Positions 1 through 9,707 of a stretch of 64,000 nucleotides of DNA are shown piece by piece. The notes under the pieces were generated by a model, which was not told where the DNA came from, ran no database searches, and was given only the letters and a program-made list of their open reading frames with translations. The stretch's first letter is position 1. The number at the start of each line of letters is the position of its first letter. A program made the translations under genes and the position numbers. Origin of the DNA: a virus; IMG/VR virus record IMGVR_UViG_3300024999_001421; one strand, given 5' to 3'.

Positions 1-486
1 AAACTTCACCCCGGCAAAATGGGGTGGATGCGGGTACTAAGCAAAAACTGCCTGCACAAGAACGGCAGGTTTAAACCTTGCAGACATTTTAGGCCGAACA
101 TGGATCATCCTAAGTGGAAATATGAAGGATTTGTGGACATTGGAGGGTGTTAAATGAGCGAGTACAAAGAAGAATTATCCGCACTTGTCGAGAAGATTCG
201 GCAGGATGGGGCGAAGGAAGAACGCAGGAGAATTGCCGAGAAATTAGCTGATTGGGATTTTTGCGTATTAGATATAGATAAAAATGCTAATTGTATTAAT
301 GATTGTGTTGAGCATTTTGAAAGACTGCTTAATGAGGCAAATAATGTCTAGTCAAGAAAACGGCCAAGTGCTGGACAAACTAACCATTACTGACGTTATG
401 GACTATGTTAAGAAAAACTGCTTTCTATATAAAGAACAATGGTGGTTGGATAGAAAAACGTATGGACATTTGGAGGAAAAGAAAAA

Positions 487-1011
487 ATGAAAGTTTGCGG
501 AGTAGATGCCAGTCTTACGAGTACAGGAATAGCAATATTACATTGCGACAATGAACCGATAACTACAGCGGTAAAGAATAGTTTAACCGGGATACTAAGG
601 TTAATTTATGTGCGCGACTATGTTAAACAGGTTGTTGAGGGCGCAGACTTAGCGGTTATCGAAGGATATGCTTTCAGTAAGGGCGATTTTGCCCATGCGA
701 AGGGTGAATTGGGCGGTGTATTGCGCTTGATGATTGTTGATAGCGGAATAAAACTGTTGGAAGTTACGCCTAATCAGTTAAAAAAGTTTGCAACTGGGGA
801 GCATAACGCAAGTAAGGAAAAGGTTGCTGTTGGTGTATATAAGCGTTGGGGTAAGGAATTTAAGGAAAATGACGAAACGGATGCCTATGTTCTAGCTGAA
901 ATCGGAAGGGCATATTTAGGGTTAACAGACAAACTTACCACATATCAGCAGGAAGTAATCGACGCTCTGCATGGCAAGTCGGAGGTCAAGAAAAAGCGTA
1001 AGAAAAAATGA
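487..1011 (+). CDS. RuvC-like Holliday junction resolvase
   Basis: GVDASLTSTGIA N-terminal motif, VIEG, LKKFATG..ASKEKV, DETDAY. Confidence 0.85.
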   Translation: MKVCGVDASLTSTGIAILHCDNEPITTAVKNSLTGILRLIYVRDYVKQVVEGADLAVIEGYAFSKGDFAHAKGELGGVLRLMIVDSGIKLLEVTPNQLKKFATGEHNASKEKVAVGVYKRWGKEFKENDETDAYVLAEIGRAYLGLTDKLTTYQQEVIDALHGKSEVKKKRKKK

Positions 1012-1888
1012 GATTGACGGCAGAAATTGAACGACAACTAACTGACGAGTTTATCACGTTTTGCGAACTTAACCGGGACAAGTTGGCCGGGATGAAGGAT
1101 AATTCTACCCGGATGAATTTTATGCAGGAGAAATTGCCACACATACCGCAGTATTTAGTTTTGAGGAAGGTTAGACCTTATCTGACTAAGGGGGTTTGAT
1201 ATGTGGATTATACTAAGTAAGATTATTTTATCAGTTTTTATATTCTACCTTTTGGTTAACGTGCTTGCTTTTTTAGCTACGGTTAATCAGTTTCTAAATA
1301 TTGGAACATATGAACTAACATATCTACTTTTGTTTTGTGTGGTTATTTACGGGATATATAGAATCTTACCATTCTAAGGGGGTTTAGTTTATTTATACTT
1401 TATTCTGCATGACTTATTCTGAATTTTTACGAAGGACGAGTAAGAATATGTTTAAAGTTAACGTATTACCGCTTTGGCAGGTTAGAAGTTTTTCCGAGAA
1501 GGATAATTTCCGCAATATTGGCACCAATTTCTGCCGCAATCATTTACGCAGGGCCAGGGCAAATTTATGGTCGGGGCAGAGAAAAAGGCAGGGGGTTGAG
1601 GCATAATGTTTGGTTTAGGTTTAGCTATCGGTCTATTTGTTGGCTGCATGGTCGGGATGTTTATCATGTCTCTAATGTTCATTGCTAGAAAAGAAGATGC
1701 GGAGATTATGAGAAATGCCGAACAGTAGATTAAAGAAAGTAGTCGGACCCGATCCTCGCCTGATTAGCGAGCAGGTTCCGATAAACTTTAAGAACGTAGA
1801 CGGGGAAATGGTCTATATTCCGAATTGGTGGGTAGATATACCGGAACCGCCGAAGTTTGTGGAAGTTAAGAAAAAGAAAAAATAAGGG

Positions 1889-2755
1889 GTGGTTGGGTTA
1901 ATAAAATTTTATGTGTCAAAGACAGGAAATAAACTTAACCGTCGCCCGTGGGTTCCCGAATTTGTAACCGATAATCTGTGTCTTAACCCGATGTATAGTC
2001 GGGTAAGACTGCAGAGGGGGGGGGTAAATATCCTCCTTGACTCTGGAGCGTTTCAGGATGTGGATAAGGATAAACGGTTGACTTTTGAGGAAGCACTTAT
2101 TCGTCAGCTTAAATTTGAACAAACAGCAGGGTTTATCTCTCAAAGAATAGTCAGTTATGACAGGTTAGTTGATGAACAATTAAAGGACGGCAAGAAGGTA
2201 AAATGTCGGGTAGACGACGATAAAGGTTGGGAATATGTCAAGGACACCGTTGGAGCTGCACAATATCTAGTTAGTCAACGAGAGAAATTAGAACCTCGTC
2301 AGTTGGTTTTGTCCAATCAGGGTACTACAACAGAGCAATACTTACAGTGTTTGCGAGAGGTGTTAAGGATAGCACAACCGCAGGACTGTATTGGGATGGG
2401 TGGATTTTGTATAATCGGGAGCAGAAAAACACTACAACCGCAGTTTTTTGAGATACAAGAGAAGGCGTTTCCACTAATAAAATCTGCTGGCATAACTGAT
2501 ATACACCTGTTTGGGGTAACTACTATCCCGGTATTAACAAAGTGGTCAGAGTTGGCAAGACCATACGACTTTAACTTGTCGGTTGATAGTTCGTCAGCAG
2601 AGCGCAGATCGGTTTTTGGTAGTGTATTCAGTCCAGATACAGGTAAATGGGAATTAAAATATACAAGACAAGACAAATACATTGCCTATCACCCCAGGGA
2701 CTTAGCATTGATTAACACAATAAACTTTAAGGATTATCTGGAGGGCATAGCGTGA
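1889..2755 (+). CDS. tRNA-guanine transglycosylase-like (TGT/DpdA-related) protein
   Basis: LLDSGAFQ, IGMGG, IHLFGV and SVDSSS motifs; overlaps a VUT-family gene. Confidence 0.65.
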   Translation: MVGLIKFYVSKTGNKLNRRPWVPEFVTDNLCLNPMYSRVRLQRGGVNILLDSGAFQDVDKDKRLTFEEALIRQLKFEQTAGFISQRIVSYDRLVDEQLKDGKKVKCRVDDDKGWEYVKDTVGAAQYLVSQREKLEPRQLVLSNQGTTTEQYLQCLREVLRIAQPQDCIGMGGFCIIGSRKTLQPQFFEIQEKAFPLIKSAGITDIHLFGVTTIPVLTKWSELARPYDFNLSVDSSSAERRSVFGSVFSPDTGKWELKYTRQDKYIAYHPRDLALINTINFKDYLEGIA

Positions 2756-3270
2756 TAGTATTCCTTTATATGGCGGCAATTTTGACCGGAAATTGGTTAA
2801 GTAGTATGTTTGTACCGGTTGAAATTGGCCCATTTTTAATAAGTTTAGGAACCTTTACAGTAGGGTCAACCTTTATACTTAGGGATTTGGTGCAGAATAA
2901 ACATGGAAGATATAAGACGTATACATTTATATGCTCAGCACTTCTTTTGTCGCTGATACAGTCGGCAATAATGGGACAAGGTTTGCCTGTGGTTATTGCT
3001 TCCTCTCTGGCATTTGCGGTGAGCGAGACAACCGACACTGAAATTTATACAAGACTTAAATTGCCGGTCCATTGGCGCATCTGGTGGTCAGGTTTTGCCG
3101 GAGGTATCCTTGATAGTGCTGTGTTTATCGTACTGGGATTATCTCCGCTTGGTATGAATTTTATGCCTTGGTCGGTGGTTCCAATGGCCATAATTGGTCA
3201 ATCATTGATAAAGTTAATCATGCAGGCAATAGGGGCAGGTATAATAAAAATCATGGGAGGGCATAGATGA
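2752..3270 (+). CDS. VUT family (YhhQ-like) queuosine-precursor transporter
   Basis: Multi-TM protein with FILRDLVQ, ASSLAFAVSETTDTEIY and LDSAVF motifs. Confidence 0.8.
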   Translation: MIVFLYMAAILTGNWLSSMFVPVEIGPFLISLGTFTVGSTFILRDLVQNKHGRYKTYTFICSALLLSLIQSAIMGQGLPVVIASSLAFAVSETTDTEIYTRLKLPVHWRIWWSGFAGGILDSAVFIVLGLSPLGMNFMPWSVVPMAIIGQSLIKLIMQAIGAGIIKIMGGHR

Positions 3271-3704
3271 GAAAACCTCTCGCTGACCCATTTAAGCAGG
3301 AAAAACAAATAGTCGCTAGCTATCTAGTTAACTATTTTGAGATAAAGTTACAGTATGAGCAGGACCGGGAGAGGATACTTGAAAACTCTCCCCCGCCCGC
3401 TGACGGTATGCCTCGCGGTAGCAGTGTTGGTAATAAAACAGCTAGTGCAGGTATCGCGTTGGCATCATTGGCGGTAACAGGAACATGGCTGCGGGTAGTT
3501 AATGAACTGGTAGCAGGTTTGAACGATGATGATAAATTGTTGCTAAGATTGAAACGGACGTATGGGGAACATATTAAAGGAAATTCGGTTAAGGAAAGAA
3601 TTGCTAGAGAATTGAGGGTGAATATAAAAACGGCGTATAACCGCTGGCAGGGTATATTGGAGAAGGGACAGGAGCTGGCGGTTAAAAGGGGATTGTTGAG
3701 GTAG
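3267..3704 (+). CDS. ArpU/RinA-like late transcription regulator
   Basis: GMPRGSSVGNKTAS linker and C-terminal HTH; last gene of the rightward unit before a terminator. Confidence 0.6.
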   Translation: MRKPLADPFKQEKQIVASYLVNYFEIKLQYEQDRERILENSPPPADGMPRGSSVGNKTASAGIALASLAVTGTWLRVVNELVAGLNDDDKLLLRLKRTYGEHIKGNSVKERIARELRVNIKTAYNRWQGILEKGQELAVKRGLLR

Positions 3705-3731
3705 GCAGGGGAAAGATCCCCTGCTTTTTTA
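3705..3731 (+). terminator. Intrinsic terminator
   Basis: GCAGGGGA-AAGA-TCCCCTGC followed by a T run. Confidence 0.8.
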
Positions 3732-3799
3732 TGCAAAAAAAATTTACTATTTCCTGGTAGGCGGCTTTTAACGGGTATACCTCCATAAACCGGTGAGAG

Positions 3800-4141
3800 T
3801 TAAGCAGTAGCGTCTGTTGATTCGGCAATCGCGTCGTCAAGCCACTGAATTTCAGCTTGACGACGCTTTTTGTCTGCCTCAACATCGGCAATATACTGTT
3901 GGATGCAGAGTAATGCTTCTTTGCGCTGTATTGGATAATAATTTCTTGCCGGGTGACTGTGGCATTGGCAGGTGCCAAGACCTAGGTCGGAACTGCTGTA
4001 ACAATTGATTTCTGTAATCATCCATTCGCCGTCATGGAAATACAGGGATTTTTCGGCAATATTGTCGCCGTACTGGTTGATTCTGGTTTCCAAAACTAAA
4101 TCTTGACCTGCGCGTAAATTTTCAAGCATACCTTTTAGCAT
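3800..4141 (-). CDS. Hypothetical protein (start reassigned to MLKGML)
   Basis: GGGAGG RBS upstream of ATG at 4141. Confidence 0.6.
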   Translation of the reverse strand: MLKGMLENLRAGQDLVLETRINQYGDNIAEKSLYFHDGEWMITEINCYSSSDLGLGTCQCHSHPARNYYPIQRKEALLCIQQYIADVEADKKRRQAEIQWLDDAIAESTDATA

Positions 4142-4221
4142 TTCAATTCCTCCCTTAGTTTTTAATCTCCTACCCAACGCCTTCTTGGACGCTTGGCAGG
4201 GGATTAAACCCCTGCTAACAA

Positions 4222-4599
4222 CTATTCGACTATTTGCGGATGCGCCACTGATTCCCAACCGTCACCTGTCCAGCGATAAGATTCTCCCATTGTAGGGATA
4301 ACCATATCGCAACCATAGACAGTTTCATGCACAAACTTTCCGTCGTAGCGTATAATTTCTTCAAGGATAAAGTCTTTCTTGTGACTTAACTCACTGGTGT
4401 TTCCTGATGTGGAAAACCCTGTGCGCTGTAGTTTTTCCGATCCGCTTCCTGGCATTGTGTACCATTTCGCAACCGGAACCGGCATTGCATCAAATGGACC
4501 AACCCTAGATTCCGATCTTTTGCTTTTGGAACCACTTTCAGTTGTGTATCCTTCAGCGACCGCATACCACTTTCCGCTAGTTTGAAACATATTCATCAT
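4222..4599 (-). CDS. Hypothetical protein
   Basis: ORF with GGAGG RBS in the leftward operon. Confidence 0.6.
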   Translation of the reverse strand: MMNMFQTSGKWYAVAEGYTTESGSKSKRSESRVGPFDAMPVPVAKWYTMPGSGSEKLQRTGFSTSGNTSELSHKKDFILEEIIRYDGKFVHETVYGCDMVIPTMGESYRWTGDGWESVAHPQIVE

Positions 4600-4751
4600 T
4601 TTTCCTCCTTCGCCGGTTCTCCCGGCACTAATTTTTTAACCACAATCTCGCTAATCCCCTTCCCTTCAAATGCCGCCTGTTCGCGTAGTTTTTCAGCAAG
4701 CGACTTAGGGAAGGTTATGCTGATACGTATTTTGTCTCTCGGTATGGTCAT
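4596..4751 (-). CDS. Ribbon-helix-helix DNA-binding protein
   Basis: RISITFPKSLAEKLREQAAFEGKGISEIV, CopG/Arc-like pattern. Confidence 0.7.
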   Translation of the reverse strand: MTIPRDKIRISITFPKSLAEKLREQAAFEGKGISEIVVKKLVPGEPAKEEK

Positions 4752-4993
4752 ACTTCCCATTTCCCTTCGGTCACGCATAGTATTTGACCAACGGAATCGG
4801 AACAAAGGTGTAGAGAACGGTATAATTTAGCTGTTTCCTCGCGGTTTCTGCCGAGATAGCGCGATGCTTCAACTGCATCACGGAAACTTTTAACAACATT
4901 GTCGTTGCGCTGTGGGAGTGCTTGGAATTTTCTCTCCCAATTACAGGTATCGAAAACTTGCTCTAACGTCATGGTATGCGCCTCCTTTTGCTT

Positions 4994-5035
4994 AGGTGAT
5001 GCACTTATTATATAGCTTAGTGCATCACCTGTCAA
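4994..5035 (-). promoter_or_regulatory. Consensus sigma-A promoter overlapped by a 12-bp inverted-repeat operator
   Basis: TTGACA(5035-5030)-17 bp-TATAAT(5012-5007); AGGTGATGCACT (4994-5005) / AGTGCATCACCT (5019-5030). Confidence 0.85.
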
Positions 5036-6110
5036 GCAAAAAAAATATTAAAGTTTAGCCATAATTTCCGACATTGCATATTTGATATTGTTTAACTTAC
5101 TTTGCTCTATATCAATCAGGTTAACGAGTGCTAATGTATCCTCGCTGGACATATTATATTTACCGGACAATTCCCAGACTAACTTTTTAATCTCTCCAAG
5201 TCTGGATTGCTTTAGTTCATCGAAGCGTTGCGGTTGTGGTTTTGGTTGATTAGGATTAATCACTGTACCACCTCCACCCACTCTGCCGCTCTAAAATGCT
5301 CTGCCGTCCACTGACAGGCATCCAACGGCGAAGTTCCCCAGACTTCCTTCCGATCCACCCCAGCAGGGATAGTAGTTTTGCCTATGCGTAAGTCGGGGAA
5401 ATGGACTGACAATCGGTATTTGCTTAACCCAGGTGTATTTGTACCTGTCGGCGTTTTGCCCCGCTGTATCGGGTTGCTAGACGTGTTTATGGTCATTGTG
5501 TTGCCTCCAATGTGCTTTCCTCTAACATCTTCCTAAGTTCCCTCGCCACGTTACCCAAAGCATCCGACTTACCACGATAATAACCTTCTAGGTACTCTTG
5601 GTTATTACGTTTCATTATTTCCATTTCGGTCTTAGCATTTATAGAACTCGTGGCGTAGTTTTGGATTAAAATCTCTATGTATTCCCGCATATAACGACCT
5701 CCCTCATAGTATTGGGGTAATCCCCTCCCGAAACCCTCCTGCTAGAGAGTTTAGGCAAGGGACGTTAGTCCCTGCAATTATCCTGTAAGATGCAAATACC
5801 AAATTGATCTACCAGACTTATATCTTTTGTTTTCCTTGGTTACAAACTTAGTAACTTTAAACCTTACATAATTACTTCCATCCCTTCTAACACTGCCCGA
5901 AATGTTATTTCCTTTCATATACTTTTTTACTGCCTCGGTTGCATTTTTAGCTATTACTACCGCATCATCATTAAATAAACCTTTGTTTCCATCATAGATT
6001 AAATATGTATTAGTCATAAATCTAACCCCCTTTTAATTTTACCAAAATCCCCTCTTGTGACACTTTGGTAAAACTGCGGCGTTAAGGTGCCGCTTGCCTC
6101 ATACTTGTTG

Positions 6111-6743
6111 CTAATCCAGTAAACGTGTTAATTTATTTCCCTTGAATGGCTTTAGCGTTTCACTATCGTTCCACCAATGCCATTCTCCCCCGAAAAGTTT
6201 AGGAATGAAAATTTGCTGTTCTTTGTCTAGTGTGTACCTAAGATTATCCATATCAAGTGAAAATGTTTCCATGTCCTTCTGCATCTTTTCGCCTTGAATA
6301 ATTCGCGCCCTCTGGATTTTAACCCTGCCGGTTTTTGTGTGACTGATAACTACTACAAGTGATTCTTGTGTCGTGTAGTACCAGTCCTTAACCGCAAAAC
6401 CGTTTATTTTTAATATTTCCTGTGCCTTCTGTAAAGCTGTTTTGCCGTCCTTGTCGGTTGTCGGTTGTGCTGCGCCTATCGGTAATAGGTTGTTAATGTC
6501 TGTGGTATTACTTCCCTTTGTGCTACCGTTGCGAGCAATCTTTAAAACTCTAACTTGAGTAAATGTAGAGTAACAATAAATATGGTCAATGCGGTAAGTG
6601 CCGTTCCACTCCTTGACCTGGCACTCCTGACCAACCTTCCAACCGTCGAACTCCTGCACATATCCAGTTTTGACCTCTTGCCGTGGTGCTGTTGCTGTGA
6701 TAATCGGCATTTGAGCGTTAGAGAAATTTATTATCTTTGTCAT
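6111..6743 (-). CDS. Hypothetical protein
   Basis: 210-aa ORF with AGGAGG RBS. Confidence 0.7.
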   Translation of the reverse strand: MTKIINFSNAQMPIITATAPRQEVKTGYVQEFDGWKVGQECQVKEWNGTYRIDHIYCYSTFTQVRVLKIARNGSTKGSNTTDINNLLPIGAAQPTTDKDGKTALQKAQEILKINGFAVKDWYYTTQESLVVVISHTKTGRVKIQRARIIQGEKMQKDMETFSLDMDNLRYTLDKEQQIFIPKLFGGEWHWWNDSETLKPFKGNKLTRLLD

Positions 6744-6841
6744 GGTATGACCTCCTATGTTATAATATCGGTGGACATATATTTTCCCTGCTCCCCGGTT
6801 TTACTGCTCACAACAGCTACCGGGGAGTTTGAATTTGTATA

Positions 6842-7468
6842 TTAACAGGCGTATTTTCCCAGTACGGTTTTAGTTGTATTTTCCTTCCAGTTTGCGCTAT
6901 TTATTATCGACCAATGTTTATTATAGCCGTTAAAATGCCTCAATAAATGGAGTATTTCGCGGTTATCCTGATCTACCCATAAGGAAAAGTTAGGGTATTG
7001 CTTGCCCTCGCTTTTTTCCAAGGCGTAAAAATAGGCTTTAATTTCCTCTGCGCGGGCGGTAAGTTCTGCGTTAAATTTGAATTCATCCCCGAAGTTATGA
7101 CCCTCGCGGTCTTTAAAAACTCGATAACCGGCCAAGTCAGGAAGAATAACAACCTCGTCAAAACTGCAACCCAGAGAATTTACAATACTGAGAATTTCGG
7201 ATTTGGTGTACTTAAAAGTTTTGTGTCTCATACTGACGATGCTGTGCTTGTTACAATCGTCGTCATTATGGATATAATGGCAATGGTCAACTATCCCGGC
7301 AAAGGTAAATTGTTTAACGCTTTTGACGCTGTTTTTGGTTACTTCAAAACCAGACATTTCTAAGTAGATTGCCTCCCCTTTGTCATTGTGAAAAGCTGTT
7401 CTAATGCGGCAATTTTCAACCATTCCGCGCGGTACGCATCCGGCACCTTCAAAATATAAAGTTTTCAT
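6842..7468 (-). CDS. Hypothetical protein (start reassigned to MKTLYFEG)
   Basis: GGGAGG RBS before ATG at 7468. Confidence 0.7.
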   Translation of the reverse strand: MKTLYFEGAGCVPRGMVENCRIRTAFHNDKGEAIYLEMSGFEVTKNSVKSVKQFTFAGIVDHCHYIHNDDDCNKHSIVSMRHKTFKYTKSEILSIVNSLGCSFDEVVILPDLAGYRVFKDREGHNFGDEFKFNAELTARAEEIKAYFYALEKSEGKQYPNFSLWVDQDNREILHLLRHFNGYNKHWSIINSANWKENTTKTVLGKYAC

Positions 7469-8116
7469 AATTTTAGCCTCCCTCATAGTTTTAACTAAAC
7501 CCTCTCGCAAAAGGATTTAGGTAAAACTGCGACTTTAGGTAGTCGCGGACCTGCTACCTAGTCCAATATTTCCTTTGATTTTGCCATAAACTAAATGCCT
7601 GAGATTCGGTTGGAGCAATGTTAAGTAAGGAATTATAATTGTAGTAATTGCCCGACCTTCCTATTTTTACTTGAAGTAGGAATTTATTACCATATGAAAA
7701 TACGGTGAATATATTTTTAAAACTCTTGAACTCGTTTACTATCATAATATCCCTCCTATATTTACCTCAACAAAACCCCTCTCTAAAGGAGTTTTGGCGA
7801 AGCAGGGACCGGAGTCCCTATTCCTTGCACATCCCAGAAACTTGTCGCTTGTGTATTTGCATTTCTATAGTAGCAAGTTCCAAGTATGCTTCTACTTTTT
7901 GATCCCAATGTGCCGGGACTTGCGGATCGTTGACAATTTCCAGAATTTCAAGCGCATCCTTCTTTTCTTGCAGTATTTCTGAATCTTGAAGCGTCTCAAG
8001 GTGCTTCCAAATAGATTCCATGAATATTACTTTTTCCTCAAACATAATTATCATCCTCCTTAGATTTTACGTCCAACCCCTACAGGGACCAGAGGTAAAA
8101 CCTAGCGAGTGCTAGG

Positions 8117-8440
8117 TTAGTGCCTGCCATATTCTATGGTTAATTCTAAAGTGTCCTTTTCGACATCTCTCCTTAATTTTGCCGTACTCCTACAGTCTTT
8201 ATTTTCCTCTTTCCAATCAATACCCATTTGGCGAAAATATAATGTTACTTCGGTCAAATCACCCTTAAGCAAGTCCTTCCATGTGTAGTCAAAGAAAATT
8301 AACAAGTCTGTACAGTAGCAGTCGCATTGCTTAACCGCTTCGCGCAGTAACGCTTCTTTTATCGACTGCGTGTTTTGTTCTTCACCGTAAGAATTGCAAA
8401 CCTGAAGTTCCTTAATGTTTACTTTCGGCATAATCATCAA
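8117..8440 (-). CDS. Hypothetical protein
   Basis: ORF with AAGGAG RBS. Confidence 0.6.
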   Translation of the reverse strand: MMIMPKVNIKELQVCNSYGEEQNTQSIKEALLREAVKQCDCYCTDLLIFFDYTWKDLLKGDLTEVTLYFRQMGIDWKEENKDCRSTAKLRRDVEKDTLELTIEYGRH

Positions 8441-8659
8441 TCTCCTTTTAGTTTAAATTCACGTCAATTCCCTTGTGGGTACTCACGCAAACCTAAACTA
8501 CCATGCTTCCCCTTTTCTGCACCTCTAGCGGATATCCCTTCGGGTCCAGTGTTCGCTTGCCTTGGCTGGCCCTTTCGGATTATGCCGACTTCGCTGGTTC
8601 GCGCTGTGGGGTTTTTGTATTCTTTTCTGCGTGTGCGGTGCGCTTTGTTGCTGTGGTTT

Positions 8660-8717
8660 CCCACTATGGCCACTTTCGGCCATTTCGACTTGTTACCGTC
8701 AAGTCTCGTCAGGTGGG
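8660..8717 (-). ncRNA. Type I hammerhead ribozyme
   Basis: CCCAC CUGACGA GACUUG-ACGGUAA-CAAGUC GAAA UGGCC-GAAAGU-GGCCA UA GUGGG: complete core and three perfect stems. Confidence 0.93.
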
Positions 8718-8718
8718 T

Positions 8719-9003
8719 TTATGCTGTCCTATAGTGTTCAATCGCTCCTGTGCTAAGTTGCATTAACAGGTTTGTCATGTGACTTAACTTCCAACTTTCT
8801 ACTAGACTTGAAGTTCCGAACAATCTGTCTATTGCTACATATCTTCCGTACCAAACCATTAGTTCGATTGGGTTTTTTCTATTTTTGGTGTAGTAGTCGA
8901 AGTTTTCATTAAACTTTCTTGCCGCCAACTCCAGTTCTTCCTGTAATAATGCGTTTTCAGCTTTGTTTAGTTTTTTTATGCTGATGCTTTCGGCTGTTTT
9001 CAT
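8719..9003 (-). CDS. Hypothetical protein flanked by two hammerhead ribozymes
   Basis: 94-aa ORF with AAGGAGG RBS. Confidence 0.7.
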   Translation of the reverse strand: MKTAESISIKKLNKAENALLQEELELAARKFNENFDYYTKNRKNPIELMVWYGRYVAIDRLFGTSSLVESWKLSHMTNLLMQLSTGAIEHYRTA

Positions 9004-9055
9004 ACTGTCTGCCTCCTTCGATATTCTGTTTTCGTGTTGTGCAGCTTACTTTCAT

Positions 9056-9106
9056 CCTGCTATGGGGTTTTATCCCCATTTCGCTGTCTACAGCTCATCA
9101 GGCAGG
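9056..9106 (-). ncRNA. Type I hammerhead ribozyme
   Basis: CCUGC CUGAUGA GCUG-UAGA-CAGC GAAA UGGGG-AUAAAA-CCCCA UA GCAGG: complete core and three perfect stems. Confidence 0.93.
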
Positions 9107-9238
9107 CTAGAATTTAATGCTGTGAAATACGCAGAAGTTGCAAAAGTCGATTAACTTAGTTCTGTTTAGGTTTACCGCTTTTTCTAGTCCTACCGATTTG
9201 GTGTACTGCTTGATTTTGCGCTTTAGCTGTTTGGTCAT
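9107..9238 (-). CDS. Small hypothetical protein (43 aa, MTKQLKRK...), not in ORF track
   Basis: AAGGGGG RBS; stop codon abuts hammerhead stem I. Confidence 0.5.
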   Translation of the reverse strand: MTKQLKRKIKQYTKSVGLEKAVNLNRTKLIDFCNFCVFHSIKF

Positions 9239-9430
9239 TTTGTTTCCCCCTTATTTAATTTGTAGCTAATAAGTAACCCATGTATCCGATTCCTACCAGG
9301 AGAGCGATTCCCATTCCTACCGGGTGAAACATTGTAGTTACTGCTAATGCTGTGGCGGTGTATTTAAGAAGTTTTTTCATGTCTGCGCCTCCCGTTCGTG
9401 TGTTGCTGTGTTCCATGTGCTTATACTATC

Positions 9431-9495
9431 ATCTGGATACCCATGCCGTAAAGCCTCAAATAACCTTATATTCAGCCATTTATGGGTATCCAGAT
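9431..9495. promoter_or_regulatory. 14-bp inverted-repeat pair, candidate operator of the leftward operon
   Basis: ATCTGGATACCCAT (9431-9444) / ATGGGTATCCAGAT (9482-9495), next to an RHH gene. Confidence 0.6.
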
Positions 9496-9506
9496 TATCC
9501 TGCCTG

Positions 9507-9707
9507 CTAAATACTAGCTGTATCTGCCTTTTTCAGCGTTTTTTGAAGTTCCGCAAGTTCTTTTTTGATAGCATTTCTGGCTATTTCGGATGCTGGAACC
9601 CGCGTATCTGCTGATATTTCGGCTAGTTTTGCTTTATCCTCGGTTGACAGGCGCAGGTTAAAACTTTCCCAGCCATCTCTATATTTTTCTTTTCTTTTTG
9701 CCGACAT
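9507..9707 (-). CDS. Ribbon-helix-helix regulator
   Basis: SFNLRLSTEDKAKLAEISADTRVPASEIARNAI; GGAGGTGG RBS. Confidence 0.7.
   Translation of the reverse strand: MSAKRKEKYRDGWESFNLRLSTEDKAKLAEISADTRVPASEIARNAIKKELAELQKTLKKADTASI

Larger units (their letters stand above)
4169..8500 (-). repeat. Dispersed intergenic hairpin elements (about 4169-4215, 5724-5775, 6035-6093, 7487-7546, 7766-7819, 8065-8116; long hairpin only at 8449-8500)
   Basis: Each lies upstream of an RBS, usually just after a stop codon: a short GC hairpin, then a long imperfect hairpin (often TTTTACC...GGTAAAA-like); sequence varies while pairing is kept. Confidence 0.7.

Noticed and set aside
6791-6827. CTCCCCGGT..ACCGGGGAG hairpin as a ribozyme or a member of the double-hairpin family
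   Set aside because: Real stem-loop, but it has no catalytic core and a different architecture; function unassigned
4169-8500. Integron with attC sites
   Set aside because: No tyrosine recombinase seen and no consistent RYYYAAC/GTTRRRY ends; kept only as a loose analogy
8375-8766. Overlapping track ORFs at 8375-8766
   Set aside because: No RBS; they overlap a hammerhead and structured RNA; likely spurious
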